Shown here piece by piece: positions 61,600 to 64,000 of a DNA stretch of 64,000 nt; the first letter of the stretch is position 1; every line of letters starts with the position of its first letter. The notes under the pieces were generated by a model. That model had not been told where the DNA came from. It worked only from the letters and a program-made list of their open reading frames with translations, and did not search any database. The position numbers and the translations under genes were made by a program. This stretch comes from Macrostomum hystrix (lineage: Eukaryota > Animalia > Platyhelminthes). The DNA is taken from NCBI GenBank assembly GCA_950097015.1, contig CATNEN010000008.1:1860001-1924000 (forward strand). Reading direction: 5' to 3'.

Positions 61600-62850
61600 T
61601 TACTTCAAATCTCCCTGTTCAACTTTGATCCATCGATCAGGCTCCGGAAATACAGGCTGCTGCTGCTGCTGCTGCTGCTCCTTGATCTTGCCTTTGATCT
61701 TACCAGATGACGCCTCCTCCATCAGATGGTTGAGCATGTGATCCTCGAACTCTCGCTGCCCGCCGGCCATCGAGCCGCAGACGCTGCAGACGCAACCTTC
61801 CATCCCGCTGCTGCCAGTCGACTGGCTGTCGGAGGAGCAATCCTCGCTCGGCGCAGCTTTCAGCTTCCTTCTCGGCGGCTCGTCAGAGTCGGCCTGACTC
61901 CCGGAGTGCCGTTTGATTCCACCCTCGACGCTACCGGATAGGATGGCATCGATGCCATGAGACAGAGGCTTCTTCGGCAACTCGTTGAAGGTCGGAGACG
62001 CCTTGGTCACGATGGCGTCGTGTGACGAGTTCCTGGACCTCCTGGGTGAGCAAATTGCGCCCGGCTGCTTGGGCTTGTGCCAGCGCTTGTGGCTGGCGAG
62101 GTTGGCCGGACAGTTGAAGGACTTGTCGCACTCCTGGCAGCGATAGTCGATGTGCTCGATGCCCGGGCAGCGGTGCTGGGCCAGCTGAAAAGCATCGGCG
62201 TACTTCACCCGGCACAGCTGGCAGTCAAAGTCGCCGATTACATTTTTAATCTTGGCCAGCTGGGCTTTGGTCTCGGGTGTGATTGCCACAAACTTGGACG
62301 GCTCTGGAATGTCGGCGCACTGTTGATCCGTCAGTTTGCGAATGACCGTCCCGCTGACCGGGCTGATCTCGCTGTCTTCTGTGTTCTTTGGAGCAGTCGA
62401 TCTTCGCGTTGTTTTGCGCTGCTGCTTCGTACTGTGCACCTGCTTCGGAGGCGGCGGCAGCGGTGGTGCCAAGGACCGTATTGGTTGCGGAGGCGGCGGT
62501 GGCTGCACGGGTGGAGGCGATAGCGGCAGCGGCGGTAGCTTGTAGTTAAAAATGTCGCTTTGCGATGCCGAAGATTGAAACGACGGCAATGGCTGCGGCG
62601 GCGGCGGTGGCGGCAGAGTCGGAAGCGACAGCAGCGGCGGCGGCGGCAGCGGCGGTGGAGGATGCGGCTGTGACATCAGTGACTGCATCAGCCACCAGTG
62701 GTTGAGTTGGGCCACACTCGGCGGTGGCGGCGGCGCGAACGGATAAGGATAAGGAGAGCAGGCCAGGCCAGCGGGAAAGTGAGCACGAATAAACGGGCTC
62801 GGCAGGCCGGGACCTCGGCGACCCATGTTTGCGAAGTTCGGCGTAGTCAT
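61600..62850 (-). CDS. INSM1: INSM1/IA-1 (nerfin/egl-46) C2H2 zinc-finger transcription factor, 416 aa from first ATG
   Basis: Signature [51 protein letters not shown], upstream SPVSGTVIR motif, third finger CSVC..H...H; Pro-rich N-terminus; upstream exon possible. Confidence 0.93.
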   Translation of the reverse strand: MTTPNFANMGRRGPGLPSPFIRAHFPAGLACSPYPYPFAPPPPPSVAQLNHWWLMQSLMSQPHPPPPLPPPPLLSLPTLPPPPPPQPLPSFQSSASQSDIFNYKLPPLPLSPPPVQPPPPPQPIRSLAPPLPPPPKQVHSTKQQRKTTRRSTAPKNTEDSEISPVSGTVIRKLTDQQCADIPEPSKFVAITPETKAQLAKIKNVIGDFDCQLCRVKYADAFQLAQHRCPGIEHIDYRCQECDKSFNCPANLASHKRWHKPKQPGAICSPRRSRNSSHDAIVTKASPTFNELPKKPLSHGIDAILSGSVEGGIKRHSGSQADSDEPPRRKLKAAPSEDCSSDSQSTGSSGMEGCVCSVCGSMAGGQREFEDHMLNHLMEEASSGKIKGKIKEQQQQQQQPVFPEPDRWIKVEQGDLK

Positions 62851-64000
62851 CACCAAGACTGTGAGCAGCTCTGAGCATTGGGAATTCTAAACTTGATGAA
62901 GCGGATTCTTTTAAGTCTAACACGGAGATGGAGGAAGTCTCATGGTTCAGTTTTTTCCTCCGCAGCCTCGCGCATCTGATTGGCTGCGTCCGTCCCCGCG
63001 GACTCAGGGCCCCAGCCAGCCCCGACCGGCTCTGACAGCGCGTGAGAATGCGGGGATGCTCAGAAAGGATTTTCAGTTGTGGGAGAGTAGGGGCGGGACA
63101 GCGATGAGGAATCGTGCTCAACCAATGCCGTTGGATCTCCCATCGTTCCTTTTGCTGAATCCTTGATTCCAAAATAGTTAAATGCGCAGCATAGGCCTAA
63201 TCTATGTTTAAATACGAGGTCGCCACAAAAATAAGAAAGAAGAAACGCAATTTCTTTAAAAATATTATTTCACACAATGACACGTGGCACAAGTTTGAGC
63301 ACACACGATGAGGAAAGTGGCAGACTAGCAGACTAGCTTCTCGTAAGGAAGGTGGCAGAGTTTGAATCGGGAACGCCATTTGATTTATATCAATATGCGC
63401 AGAGCTTTCATGAGAGCTCATTGCAATCAAAATCGGACAAATATTTGCTGATCTCCAGCTTACTGTTGATACTCGCATTAATTGTCATTAGACAAAAAAT
63501 CACTCAATTTTATAGGGACTGCGGAGATGCAGCATTAAGGTGATAAAATCGCACAGAAAGGTGTTATGATTTCTGCTATATTACTCATAAAATCTGGTCC
63601 CTATAATAAAATTCTGCCTGCAGTGCGGCTGGATGGCTGGGGAATCCGGGGGTGACACACAGAAATCTCCTATCTAAATAGATGACAGCACTATTGCGAA
63701 TTAAAATTGGGTGCCCCATGAGTGTTATAGTGTTTTATCTTGCTGTCCTATCGGTCTGTATAGAGTCTTCCTGTTGCTCTCTGGTGTTGCATAGCTAATG
63801 CATGCCTTACTCACATATCCGATGTCGCATGGTTCGGCGCCCCATTAGACAAATTGGTCCGGTTTGGCCATGGCAGCCACGCATATGCCGGACTCGACAA
63901 TCCCTCAGCAATCTCAGGTGAATTAGCACAACACACAAAAACTCACAAAGCGCGCGGAATATAGATGGATAGCATCAATTGCTCCACTAAGGCTGGGTCC

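Noticed and set aside
1-64000. tRNA, rRNA, snRNA or spliced-leader RNA genes
   Set aside because: None recognised by eye; an Infernal/tRNAscan-SE run is needed to exclude them

Overview
Eukaryotic (metazoan invertebrate) genomic DNA with GT-AG introns and no prokaryotic features. The CpG-rich exons, short introns and dense minisatellites resemble a Macrostomum-type flatworm, but that is a low-confidence impression. Well-supported genes, all on the minus strand: a 3-exon uncharacterised protein (340 aa), a 3-exon indoleamine 2,3-dioxygenase (396 aa), a 3-exon TTLL10-like tubulin glycylase (500 aa, polyQ), a ~2000-aa multi-Tudor protein in one uninterrupted ORF with ~15 acidic 53-aa repeats, and an INSM1/nerfin/egl-46 zinc-finger factor. 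Two weaker plus-strand gene models are also present. Bases 1-11.5 kb are minisatellite arrays (23, 18 and 15 bp units) bounded by Helitron-type ends, apparently tandem and nested. Other mobile DNA: a degenerate THAP/P-transposase remnant, a 2.1-kb foldback element with a 9-bp TSD, and two P-like long-TIR elements with CAAGG ends and separate perfect 8-bp TSDs. These two lie 558 bp apart in opposite orientation and carry RT fragments and nested insertions. A short duplicate of the Tudor gene has lost 15 of 16 CpGs, suggesting repeat-directed methylation/deamination. All coordinates and alignments were read by eye; no searches were run.
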